Assembly: GCA_037380845.1 (NCBI GenBank)
Contig: JARRRI010000006.1
Coordinates: 30,991-62,990 of the forward strand
From: Candidatus Sulfobium sp.
GTDB taxonomy: Bacteria > Nitrospirota > Thermodesulfovibrionia > Thermodesulfovibrionales > UBA6898
Length of the DNA: 32,000 nucleotides
Direction: 5' to 3'
Shown here: positions 24,508 through 31,901 of the stretch, piece after piece
Layout: each line of letters starts with the position of its first letter
Numbering within the stretch: the first letter of the stretch is position 1
Position numbers and translations under genes: made by a program
Notes under the pieces: model-generated
What the model saw: only the letters and a program-made list of their open reading frames with translations
What the model was told of the DNA's origin: nothing
Database searches by the model: none

Positions 24508-26847
24508 ATGGGCAAATTAAATTCGATACACGACCTGAAGAAACTCAGGGCCCTTCTTGAGGAGGAGACCTTCGCCCCTGATATACCCAGGATCAGGATG
24601 TGCAGCGGAACGGCCTGCACTGCGACGGGGACTCCCAAAGTGCTTACGGCGCTGGAAGAGGAGGCGGGCCGGAGAGGGATCAAACTTGACGTAGTGAAGA
24701 CAGGCTGTCAGGGACTCTGCCAGAAGGGCCCCGTAATGCGGGTGGAACCGCAGGGTATATTCTACCAGAAGGTAAAGCCCGAACACGCCAAATGGATAAT
24801 GACCTACACGGTTGCGGGGGGCGTGCCTTACCGCCAGAGCCTTTACCGGGAAGATATCATGAGCGAGCCCGTGCCGGAGATGGCCAATGTGCCTTTTTAC
24901 AGAAAGCAGCTCAGGATAGCCCTCAGGAACAACGGTGTGATTGACCCGCGCAATATCTATCACTATATCGCGGTGGGAGGATATAAGGCCCTCGAAAAGG
25001 CCCTCTCCTCCATGGCCCCCGAGGATGTCATGAATGAAGTCGACAATGCAATGCTACGGGGCCGCGGCGGCGCGGGATTCCCGGCGGGCAAGAAGTGGAG
25101 ACACACGAAGGGTGCGCCCGGCTCGATCAAGTTTGTCATAGCAAACGGCGACGAGGGTGACCCCGGCGCCTTCATGGACAGGTCGGTTATGGAGGGCGAC
25201 CCTCACAGTCTCTTCGAGGGGATGATCCTCTGCGCTTATGCGATAGGTGCCCGCTACGGTATGGTCTATGTAAGGCACGAATACCCGCTGGCGGTCAAGA
25301 ACCTCGGCATAGCGATAAAACAGGCGGAAGAGATCGGGCTGCTCGGGAAGAACATCCTCGGCAGCGGTCTCGATTTCACGATAGACATAAGGGAGGGAGC
25401 GGGGGCCTTCGTCTGCGGTGAATCGACCGCCCTGGTTGCATCTATAGAAGGGGAGAGGGGCTTCCCGAGGCCGAGACCGCCGAGACTGTCTGAGCCCGGC
25501 GGAGGGGCCTGGGGTTATCCCAGCAACCTCAACAACATCGAGACTTACGCCTGTGTTCCGCCGATCGTCGAAAAAGGGGCTGGCTGGTTCAGGAGCATCG
25601 GCACCGAGAGTTCTCCGGGGACGAAGGTCTTCGCTCTTACCGGAAAGGTGAAGAATACCGGGCTGGTGGAGGTACCGATGGGTATGACCATCAGGGAGAT
25701 AATCTACGATATCGGTGGCGGCATCCTCGGGAACAAGGAATTCAAGGCTGTGCAGACCGGAGGGCCGTCGGGCGGTTGCCTGCCGGCAAGCTTTCTCGAC
25801 CTGCCGGTGGATTTTGACTCTCTCACGAAGGCGGGCTCCATGATGGGCTCGGGTGGAATGGTCGTTCTGGATGAGGACACATGCATGGTGGACGTGGCAA
25901 AATACTTCCTCTCCTTTACGCAATCGGAGTCCTGCGGCAAGTGCCCGCCGTGCAGGATCGGCACTTACCAGATGCTCCAGATATTAGAGAAGATAACCTC
26001 CGGTCAGGGTGAACAGGGCGACATCGAACGCCTCATAGAACTTGGGAAATCCATTCAGCATGGATCACTCTGCGGTCTCGGACAGAGCGCGCCGAACCCG
26101 GTTTTGAGCACCATAAAGTATTTCAGACAGGAATACGAGGAGCACATCCATGACAACTATTGCAGGGCTAAGGTATGCAGCAACATGGGCGTCTTCGTCA
26201 TCAACCAGGCGGAGTGCATAAGGTGCGGTCTCTGCGAACAGGCCTGTGCTTTTGACGCTGTCACCGAGACAAGAGAGATGTACCAGATCGACCGCGCATA
26301 CTGCACAAGGTGCAAGGCTTGTTACCTTGCATGCCCTGTAGGTGCGGTCAAGATCAGGAAGCACAGCGTGGTGAAGCTGGAAGAACAGTTCAGGATACCT
26401 TCTGAGAAAATAGAAGTCCTTGAAAGGAGGGCTAGAATGACACTCAAAGACCTCATGCAGTCGAAGCCAACCAAGATGGTCACCTGCGGTAAGGATTCGA
26501 AGGTGGCGGAGGCCATCAGCATCATGGACAGCAACAATATAGGGTCTGTTCTGGTAGTCGACGAGGAGAAGAAGATCGTGGGCATATTTACCGAAAGGGA
26601 CATCATGCACTGTTTTGCCAAAAAGATCGCGGTTAACGAAACTGCCCTGGGCGACGTGATGACGCAAAAGCCCGTGACCCTGGACGGTTCCATAGATATA
26701 AGTGTTGCGGTCAAGGTGATGTCGGAGAAGAAGATCAGGCATCTGCCGGTGACCGAGGACGAAAAGGTCATCGGCATGATCTCTTACAGGGACCTTGTCT
26801 CCTACCTGCTGCCGGAGGTTATTTACATGGCAGAGGACATTTATTAA
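24508..26847 (+). CDS. NuoF/HydB-like FMN/NAD(H)-binding subunit with an N-terminal [2Fe-2S] domain, C-terminal 2x[4Fe-4S] and a fused CBS-domain pair
   Basis: The domains run in this order:
- A thioredoxin-like N-terminus (CSGTACTA...GCQGLCQKGP).
- The NuoF core (GRGGAGFPAGKKW, ANGDEGDPGAFMDR, GAGAFVCGESTALVASIEG, ESCGKCPPCRIG).
- Two ferredoxin motifs (CIRCGLCEQAC, CTRCKACYLACP).
- Roughly 135 aa typical of a CBS pair (SVLVVDEEKKIVGIFTERDI...IRHLPVTEDEKVIGMISYRDL). Confidence 0.92.
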   Translation: MGKLNSIHDLKKLRALLEEETFAPDIPRIRMCSGTACTATGTPKVLTALEEEAGRRGIKLDVVKTGCQGLCQKGPVMRVEPQGIFYQKVKPEHAKWIMTYTVAGGVPYRQSLYREDIMSEPVPEMANVPFYRKQLRIALRNNGVIDPRNIYHYIAVGGYKALEKALSSMAPEDVMNEVDNAMLRGRGGAGFPAGKKWRHTKGAPGSIKFVIANGDEGDPGAFMDRSVMEGDPHSLFEGMILCAYAIGARYGMVYVRHEYPLAVKNLGIAIKQAEEIGLLGKNILGSGLDFTIDIREGAGAFVCGESTALVASIEGERGFPRPRPPRLSEPGGGAWGYPSNLNNIETYACVPPIVEKGAGWFRSIGTESSPGTKVFALTGKVKNTGLVEVPMGMTIREIIYDIGGGILGNKEFKAVQTGGPSGGCLPASFLDLPVDFDSLTKAGSMMGSGGMVVLDEDTCMVDVAKYFLSFTQSESCGKCPPCRIGTYQMLQILEKITSGQGEQGDIERLIELGKSIQHGSLCGLGQSAPNPVLSTIKYFRQEYEEHIHDNYCRAKVCSNMGVFVINQAECIRCGLCEQACAFDAVTETREMYQIDRAYCTRCKACYLACPVGAVKIRKHSVVKLEEQFRIPSEKIEVLERRARMTLKDLMQSKPTKMVTCGKDSKVAEAISIMDSNNIGSVLVVDEEKKIVGIFTERDIMHCFAKKIAVNETALGDVMTQKPVTLDGSIDISVAVKVMSEKKIRHLPVTEDEKVIGMISYRDLVSYLLPEVIYMAEDIY
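26425..26439 (+). promoter_or_regulatory. Internal Shine-Dalgarno (AGGAGG) plus in-frame ATG exactly at the start of the CBS pair
   Basis: The sequence gaaAGGAGGgctagaATGaca has a 6-nt spacer. The ATG at 26437 is in frame with the 24508 ORF (codon 644). Confidence 0.4.
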
Positions 26848-26858
26848 GGGGAAGTATC

Positions 26859-27449
26859 ATGACAGAGCAGAAAGAACCTAAAGTAGAAGAGATAAAGAAG
26901 GCGGCGGAGGAGGAGAAGAAATGTCCGGTCCAGAGGTCTCTGTTTTACATAGAGGGCTTCCTTGACGGGCCGATGTGCGGCAGATGCTTCCCGTGTGCCT
27001 TCGGCAGTTACGAGGCGCGGGTCAGGCTGAAGAGAATCATCCAGGGACGGGGCGGTGAGGACGACATCAGGACGCTGCGGCGCATATCGGAGGAGATGCT
27101 GACCAGTTCCCGGTGCAAGAAGGGCAAAGACACGGCGGCATTCCTGACGGAGTGGCTAAACACTGACGTCTTCAGGAGACATGCGGAAGGAAGCTGCCCC
27201 GACATGGAGTGTAAATCCCTGATCGAATACCGGATCATTCCTGAGAAGTGCACCATGTGCGGCCTCTGCCTGGAGGCATGCAAATACGCCGCAATTCACG
27301 GAGAGAAGAGGAGACCGTTTGCTTCGGGGTATTCTCCCTTCGAGATCCGCCAGAAGAGGTGTGTAAAGTGTGGAGACTGTCTGCCTGTGTGCCCCTATGG
27401 CGCAATAGTGATTGTAGAAAAAGAGGTGCCGGCCCCGGTCGGCGGATAA
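26859..27449 (+). CDS. Iron-sulfur protein: stand-alone NuoF C-terminal (N3-type 4Fe-4S) domain fused to a 2x[4Fe-4S] ferredoxin domain
   Basis: PMCGRCFPCAFGSYEARVRLKRIIQGRGGEDDIRTLRRISEEMLTSSRCKKG follows the NuoF pattern ESCGKCxPCReG...(about 40 aa)...C. It is followed by CTMCGLCLEACKYAAI and CVKCGDCLPVCPYGAI. Confidence 0.8.
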   Translation: MTEQKEPKVEEIKKAAEEEKKCPVQRSLFYIEGFLDGPMCGRCFPCAFGSYEARVRLKRIIQGRGGEDDIRTLRRISEEMLTSSRCKKGKDTAAFLTEWLNTDVFRRHAEGSCPDMECKSLIEYRIIPEKCTMCGLCLEACKYAAIHGEKRRPFASGYSPFEIRQKRCVKCGDCLPVCPYGAIVIVEKEVPAPVGG

Positions 27450-27489
27450 ATGGCGGGTGTCTGAGCCTGTAATTTTATAGGAGGATTGG

Positions 27490-29511
27490 ATGGGAAAGAC
27501 GGTAAATCTTAAAATAGACGGAAAGGACGTTCAGGTTGCGGAGGGCCTCAACCTCATCGAGGCAGCGGCCGAGGCCGGGGTTCACATCCCGAACCTCTGC
27601 TATCTGAAGGGCATGAAGGGCATCGGAGCCTGCAGGCTCTGCTTGGTGGAGATCGAAGGCATGAAGTCGCCCATGATCGCCTGCACCACAAAGGCCAAGG
27701 ACGGCATGGTGGTCAATACGAAGACCGAGAAGGTCCAGGAGGTCAGGAAGTTCGTGGTAGATCTTATCCTGTCCATGCACCCCCTTGACTGTATGACCTG
27801 CACCAAGGCGGGTGTCTGCAACTTGCAGCAATATGCCTACGATTTCGAGATAAAGGAATCGAGTTTTTCGAGGAAGAAGTTCGGCTATCCGATAGACGAA
27901 GCCAATCCTTTCATAAAGAGAGATCCCGATTACTGCGTTCTCTGCGGAAGGTGCATACGTGTATGCCAGGCCCAGGACACCAACGTTCTGGAGTTCTCCG
28001 GCAGGGGTGTGGGCGCCAGGGTCGTCACTGCGGAGGACAAGCCACTGCAGGAGTCTGATTGCACCTTCTGCGGAAGCTGTGTGGACGCGTGCCCGGTAAA
28101 CGCCCTCCTTGAAGCCGACCGGTGGAGAAAGGGGCGTGAATGGGAATATGAAAAAACGGACTCCGTCTGTCTTTCGTGTGGTAACGGATGCAGCATTACG
28201 GTGAGCACAAAAGACGGAGAGGTAATAAAGATAAACTCGGGTGCTCCGGAAGGAACCGCCGAGCGGTTCATCTGTGCCAGGGGAAGGTTTGGATTCGACA
28301 GCCTCACCAGCGACCAGCGCGTGGGAACTCCGATGAAAAGGGTCGACGGTGATCTTCAGGAGACGACATGGGATGATGCCATTGAAACGGTTGCGGGGAA
28401 ACTGAAGGCGGCCGGCCAGGATGCCTCGATCGTCAGCAGCGCAAACATTCTGAATGAAGACGCACTATTACTGAAGAAACTGGCTTCCGATGTGGTGAAA
28501 ACAAGGAACGTCGACTCTTCCGTAACTCTGTATTCTGACTATGATTCACTGAAGAACGGCACGGCGGACCTGCAGAATGCCGACCTGTTCATCCTGGCAG
28601 GAACGGCACCCGACCAGTGGACAAGAGTCCTGCCGGCCCTCGACGCGGTTATCAGAAGGAAGATGAACAATGACGGCGCAAAGCTGATCGTTATCAATTC
28701 GGGTGATACCAAGATCGCGTCAAAGGCAACCGCCAACCTTAAGGGCGACGAGGTGAAAAAGCTTGAGGAGCTTGCCCAGGCCATGATCTCTAAAGGCGTA
28801 AAGGCCCCGAAAGAGATGGTGGAAGCCCTCGCATCCGTCGACCCCTCTGACGAGGCCATGAACGCCGCGGACATCCTTGTGGCCGCGAAATCACCCGTTA
28901 TCCTTGCCGCCCCCGCTCTTTACAGGGCTGCCGCCAACCTCTCGCTCATAAAGTCCGAGGCTGTGTCGGTGCCTCTTGAGGCAAACTCCAAAGGCGTGGC
29001 GCTCATGGGCCTGACGACGGAAGGGAAGAAATTCAGGGAGATAATTTCCTCTCATTCAAAAGCACTCTATGTGGTCGGAGAAGTGCCGGTGAGCGAGAGG
29101 CCGGATACTGATTTCCTCGTAGTACAGGCTTCCCACATGACAGGCCTGGCGAAGGAGGCCGATGTGGTCCTGCCGTCGGCAGCTGCACTCGAATCGGGGG
29201 GGACGATAGTGGATTATCTCGGAAGGTTGAAAGAGGTCAAAAAGGCGGTGGAGCCTGCCGGTGATGCGCTTCCGCATTCAGTGATATTCACGGCAGTTGC
29301 GAAGGCTATGGGCGCCTCTCTGAAGACTCCGAAGGACACAGAAGTCAAAAAGGCCCTGAAAGGAAAAGTGAAGGCCTCCTTCAGTCCTTTCCGGAAAGAT
29401 AAGGACCTCGACGTTGATGTGGAGAAGTTTAACGAGGATATAAATATGTCGACCATAAACGGTTCGAGGCTTCTCTGGCTGAAGGAGCTTGAGAAGGGAG
29501 TGGCTGCGTAG
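27490..29511 (+). CDS. NuoG-like Fe-S subunit ([2Fe-2S], His-ligated and 2x[4Fe-4S] motifs, degenerate molybdopterin-oxidoreductase domain)
   Basis: The N-terminus is a 2Fe-2S ferredoxin (CYLKGMKGIGACRLCLVE...IACTT), followed by HPLDCMTCTKAGVCNLQ, CVLCGRCIRVC and CTFCGSCVDACP. A MopB-type CLSCGNGC...ICARGRFGFD follows. Where FDH-type enzymes carry CARxCH, this protein reads NVDSSVTLYS. No H-cluster motifs are present. Confidence 0.9.
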   Translation: MGKTVNLKIDGKDVQVAEGLNLIEAAAEAGVHIPNLCYLKGMKGIGACRLCLVEIEGMKSPMIACTTKAKDGMVVNTKTEKVQEVRKFVVDLILSMHPLDCMTCTKAGVCNLQQYAYDFEIKESSFSRKKFGYPIDEANPFIKRDPDYCVLCGRCIRVCQAQDTNVLEFSGRGVGARVVTAEDKPLQESDCTFCGSCVDACPVNALLEADRWRKGREWEYEKTDSVCLSCGNGCSITVSTKDGEVIKINSGAPEGTAERFICARGRFGFDSLTSDQRVGTPMKRVDGDLQETTWDDAIETVAGKLKAAGQDASIVSSANILNEDALLLKKLASDVVKTRNVDSSVTLYSDYDSLKNGTADLQNADLFILAGTAPDQWTRVLPALDAVIRRKMNNDGAKLIVINSGDTKIASKATANLKGDEVKKLEELAQAMISKGVKAPKEMVEALASVDPSDEAMNAADILVAAKSPVILAAPALYRAAANLSLIKSEAVSVPLEANSKGVALMGLTTEGKKFREIISSHSKALYVVGEVPVSERPDTDFLVVQASHMTGLAKEADVVLPSAAALESGGTIVDYLGRLKEVKKAVEPAGDALPHSVIFTAVAKAMGASLKTPKDTEVKKALKGKVKASFSPFRKDKDLDVDVEKFNEDINMSTINGSRLLWLKELEKGVAA

Positions 29512-29540
29512 GATTACGGCGACTCTTCCGGAAAGACGAA

Positions 29541-29572
29541 GGGCGGACCTGCCGGGGCCGCCCTTTTTTATT
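29541..29572 (+). terminator. Rho-independent terminator closing the acs-nuo gene string
   Basis: The hairpin GGGCGGaCC-tgccg-GGgCCGCCC (6 bp, one mismatch, 2 bp) is followed directly by TTTTTTATT. It lies 30 nt after the NuoG-like stop. Confidence 0.8.
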
Positions 29573-29679
29573 AACGTTTCAATGCGCCGTCCCGGAGCTT
29601 TCGGCATCGCGGCGTCTCATGCTTCCTCCCTGGACGGCGAAGGGTGCGGCGGTTGGTTGATCGGAAAGTTATTTATGAA

Positions 29680-30354
29680 ATGGCCGCTCTAACTGGAAAT
29701 TTCCAACCCCGGGACTTTGAGGAGGCCGGGGACATACAGGAACATGTCAGAAGAGAGGTCCGCATAATCCCGTTGGAAGGGGAGCCTGTCCTTGTCGCGG
29801 CGGCGGATGCTGCGTACAGCGACGATTCAGTGGTTGCGGCGGCTTCCCTGTACTCATATGCCGGATTGGCCCATGTAGCCGATGCTTTTTTCAGGGGCCG
29901 GCCAAGCTTCCCGTACAGAAGCGGATTTTTGGCCTTCCGTGAAGGTTCAGCCATAGCCGGTGCCCTGAAAAAACTGGAACGGCCTGATGTTATCCTGATC
30001 GACGGCCAGGGCATTGCTCATCCGCGGGGAGCCGGCATTGCGTCTCACATCGGGGTTATTCTCAATAAGCCGACCATAGGATGTGCAAAAACACGGCTTA
30101 CCGGCCGCTTCGACGAGCCCGGAGCGACCAGGGGCTGTTGGACATACCTGTACGAGGAAAGGACAGGCCTTCAGCCCATCGGTGCGGTACTGAGGACGAG
30201 GAGTCATGTAAAGCCACTTTTCATATCTCCGGGACACCTCATCGATATTGAATCCAGCGTCCGCATCGTTTTGGGGTGCTTCTCCGGTTACAGGATTCCC
30301 GAGCCTCTCAGAAGAGCGGATAAACTGTCGAAAACATTAAGCAGGGATGCCTAG
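29680..30354 (+). CDS. nfi: Endonuclease V
   Basis: The translation PLEGEPVLVAAADAAY...FPYRSGFLAFREG...PDVILIDGQGIAHPRGAGIASHIGVILNKPTIGCAK matches conserved Nfi motifs. The ATG at 29680 gives an N-terminal length like Thermotoga and E. coli EndoV. A GTG at 29644 is an alternative start. Confidence 0.9.
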   Translation: MAALTGNFQPRDFEEAGDIQEHVRREVRIIPLEGEPVLVAAADAAYSDDSVVAAASLYSYAGLAHVADAFFRGRPSFPYRSGFLAFREGSAIAGALKKLERPDVILIDGQGIAHPRGAGIASHIGVILNKPTIGCAKTRLTGRFDEPGATRGCWTYLYEERTGLQPIGAVLRTRSHVKPLFISPGHLIDIESSVRIVLGCFSGYRIPEPLRRADKLSKTLSRDA

Positions 30355-31031
30355 GTTTTCGCCGATTTGCTTTTGATGAAAGAGTCTATCGAGGCCCTAT
30401 GGTGAGATTTCAGATCGAGGAAACGAACTCCATAGTGGTAAGCGTCTGTCCCGTTTGCGGCTACCCTCATCACTTCTGCGTCGGCAGTGATCCTTTCGGC
30501 CCCCGGCAGGAAAAAAGAGCAGGATATGGAATCACCTTTCTCGAGTTTCTTGTCCGTCTCGATGAGGATGCCCGATGTGCTTATATTCTGCGAAGAGCAG
30601 AAGAATGTTTCACCCGGCGATTTTCCGTTTACGCTCACTTTTAAGAGGACCCTGTAGCTCTTTCTTTCCGGGATGTCGAGAAGCTGACTGACTTTTTCAA
30701 GAAGTTGCAGCGGCCTGATCGGTTTGGTAATGTAAGCGTTGGCCTGACAGCGTTTAAACCTGTTCATATCGGAGTCACTGTTGGTTCCCACTATGATCAC
30801 GGAGACCTGTTGGAGTACCGGATCTCTTCTAATCTGGGAACAGAGTTCATCTCCGTTAAGTTCAGGCATTTCCAGGTCCATGACGATAAGGTCCATCTTC
30901 TCCGAACGGTGCAGTTCCAGGGCCTCCCGGCTTGAAGTGGTGGTGAATATTGTAAAATCCGATCTGTTGAGGATGCTTTTTTCTTTTTCTATGAAGGCAT
31001 GCACGTCATCTACGATCAATATCTTTTTCAT
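30351..31031 (-). CDS. Response regulator with receiver (REC) and PilZ (c-di-GMP-binding) domains
   Basis: The REC domain reads MKKILIVDD...DLIVMDLEMPELNG...AYITKP. The PilZ motifs are RKSYR (RxxxR) and NISTSG (D/NxSxxG). I chose the ATG at 31031 rather than the TTG at 31070, which falls inside the putative -35 hexamer. Confidence 0.88.
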   Translation of the reverse strand: MKKILIVDDVHAFIEKEKSILNRSDFTIFTTTSSREALELHRSEKMDLIVMDLEMPELNGDELCSQIRRDPVLQQVSVIIVGTNSDSDMNRFKRCQANAYITKPIRPLQLLEKVSQLLDIPERKSYRVLLKVSVNGKSPGETFFCSSQNISTSGILIETDKKLEKGDSISCSFFLPGAERITADAEVMRVAANGTDAYHYGVRFLDLKSHHRASIDSFIKSKSAKT

Positions 31032-31040
31032 GGGTTTTCT

Positions 31041-31070
31041 TTTATACCGGAAGAAAGCGGCGTTTGTCAA
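31041..31070 (-). promoter_or_regulatory. Near-consensus sigma70 promoter (TTGACA-18 nt-TATAAA) for the REC-PilZ gene
   Basis: On the minus strand, TTGACA lies at 31065-31070 and TATAAA at 31041-31046. Only 9 nt separate the -10 hexamer from the ATG, which implies a leaderless or near-leaderless mRNA. Confidence 0.5.
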
Positions 31071-31100
31071 GACAGGCGCTCCCGGGAGCAGTCCGGAGCT

Positions 31101-31886
31101 TCATGCGGCGGGGAGGGAATCTTTTCCTGCGTTTGACCGCACCGCGAAATAGACATAGGCGGTGGAAATCAGCAGACTGATGTACCACCAGTAAGGTATG
31201 TCCAGCGCGGCGACGGCAACGAATACACCCAGGATAACAGAAGGCGTGATGGCGATGACCGCCAGACGCACCAGAGTCCGGAACCGCAGTTGCGCCTGCA
31301 GGGAACGGGCAAATATAAGGCCGATTGCGGCATAAAAGATGACCTCGACAATATGGTAGAAAAAAGAAAAAACAAGCGCCAGCGGGTAAAAGACAAATAT
31401 CGACCAGTCCTCAAAGCTGTCCATCCAGTCATAAATGACCTTGTGGTTTACGGTCAGCCTCCTGATATCCGACAGATCGAAGGTCCTTGTTTCAGTCTTA
31501 TCGGTCTTTATTTCTATGCTGTTTTTCGTGAGGAGAACCACGGCTTGCGATCCTTTGAGTGAGGCGACCTTTCCTGTAGTATCTATTATCATTACCGGCT
31601 TTCCGGTTTTTTTGTCTTTGATGTAATAAGGCTGCGGCTTTTTTACCGATACCTTGCCGTCTGCAACGGTAATGGTTGGGACCTGCTGCACGAAGCCGGG
31701 GGCCTCGGTGTTAAAAAAAGTTATCAGGTCCGCCCGAACTTTCATGACTCCGGGGATAACTGACAATGCAAGCAGGGCAAGAAGATAAGTCATGCAGAGC
31801 CCCTTCCAGTTTCTCGCTACGTCCTGATAAAGAGACTTTGAAAAGAATGACAGGTACAACGGATGGACTATGTTATATCTCTGCAT
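31101..31886 (-). CDS. DUF1189-like (YvdJ-like) membrane protein
   Basis: 261-aa ORF. An N-terminal helix (LCMTYLLALLALSVIPGV) is followed by a soluble loop and then 3-4 C-terminal helices. The size and layout resemble DUF1189. The family assignment is from memory. Confidence 0.65.
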   Translation of the reverse strand: MQRYNIVHPLYLSFFSKSLYQDVARNWKGLCMTYLLALLALSVIPGVMKVRADLITFFNTEAPGFVQQVPTITVADGKVSVKKPQPYYIKDKKTGKPVMIIDTTGKVASLKGSQAVVLLTKNSIEIKTDKTETRTFDLSDIRRLTVNHKVIYDWMDSFEDWSIFVFYPLALVFSFFYHIVEVIFYAAIGLIFARSLQAQLRFRTLVRLAVIAITPSVILGVFVAVAALDIPYWWYISLLISTAYVYFAVRSNAGKDSLPAA

Positions 31887-31901
31887 AAAACCCCTTGCAC
31901 C

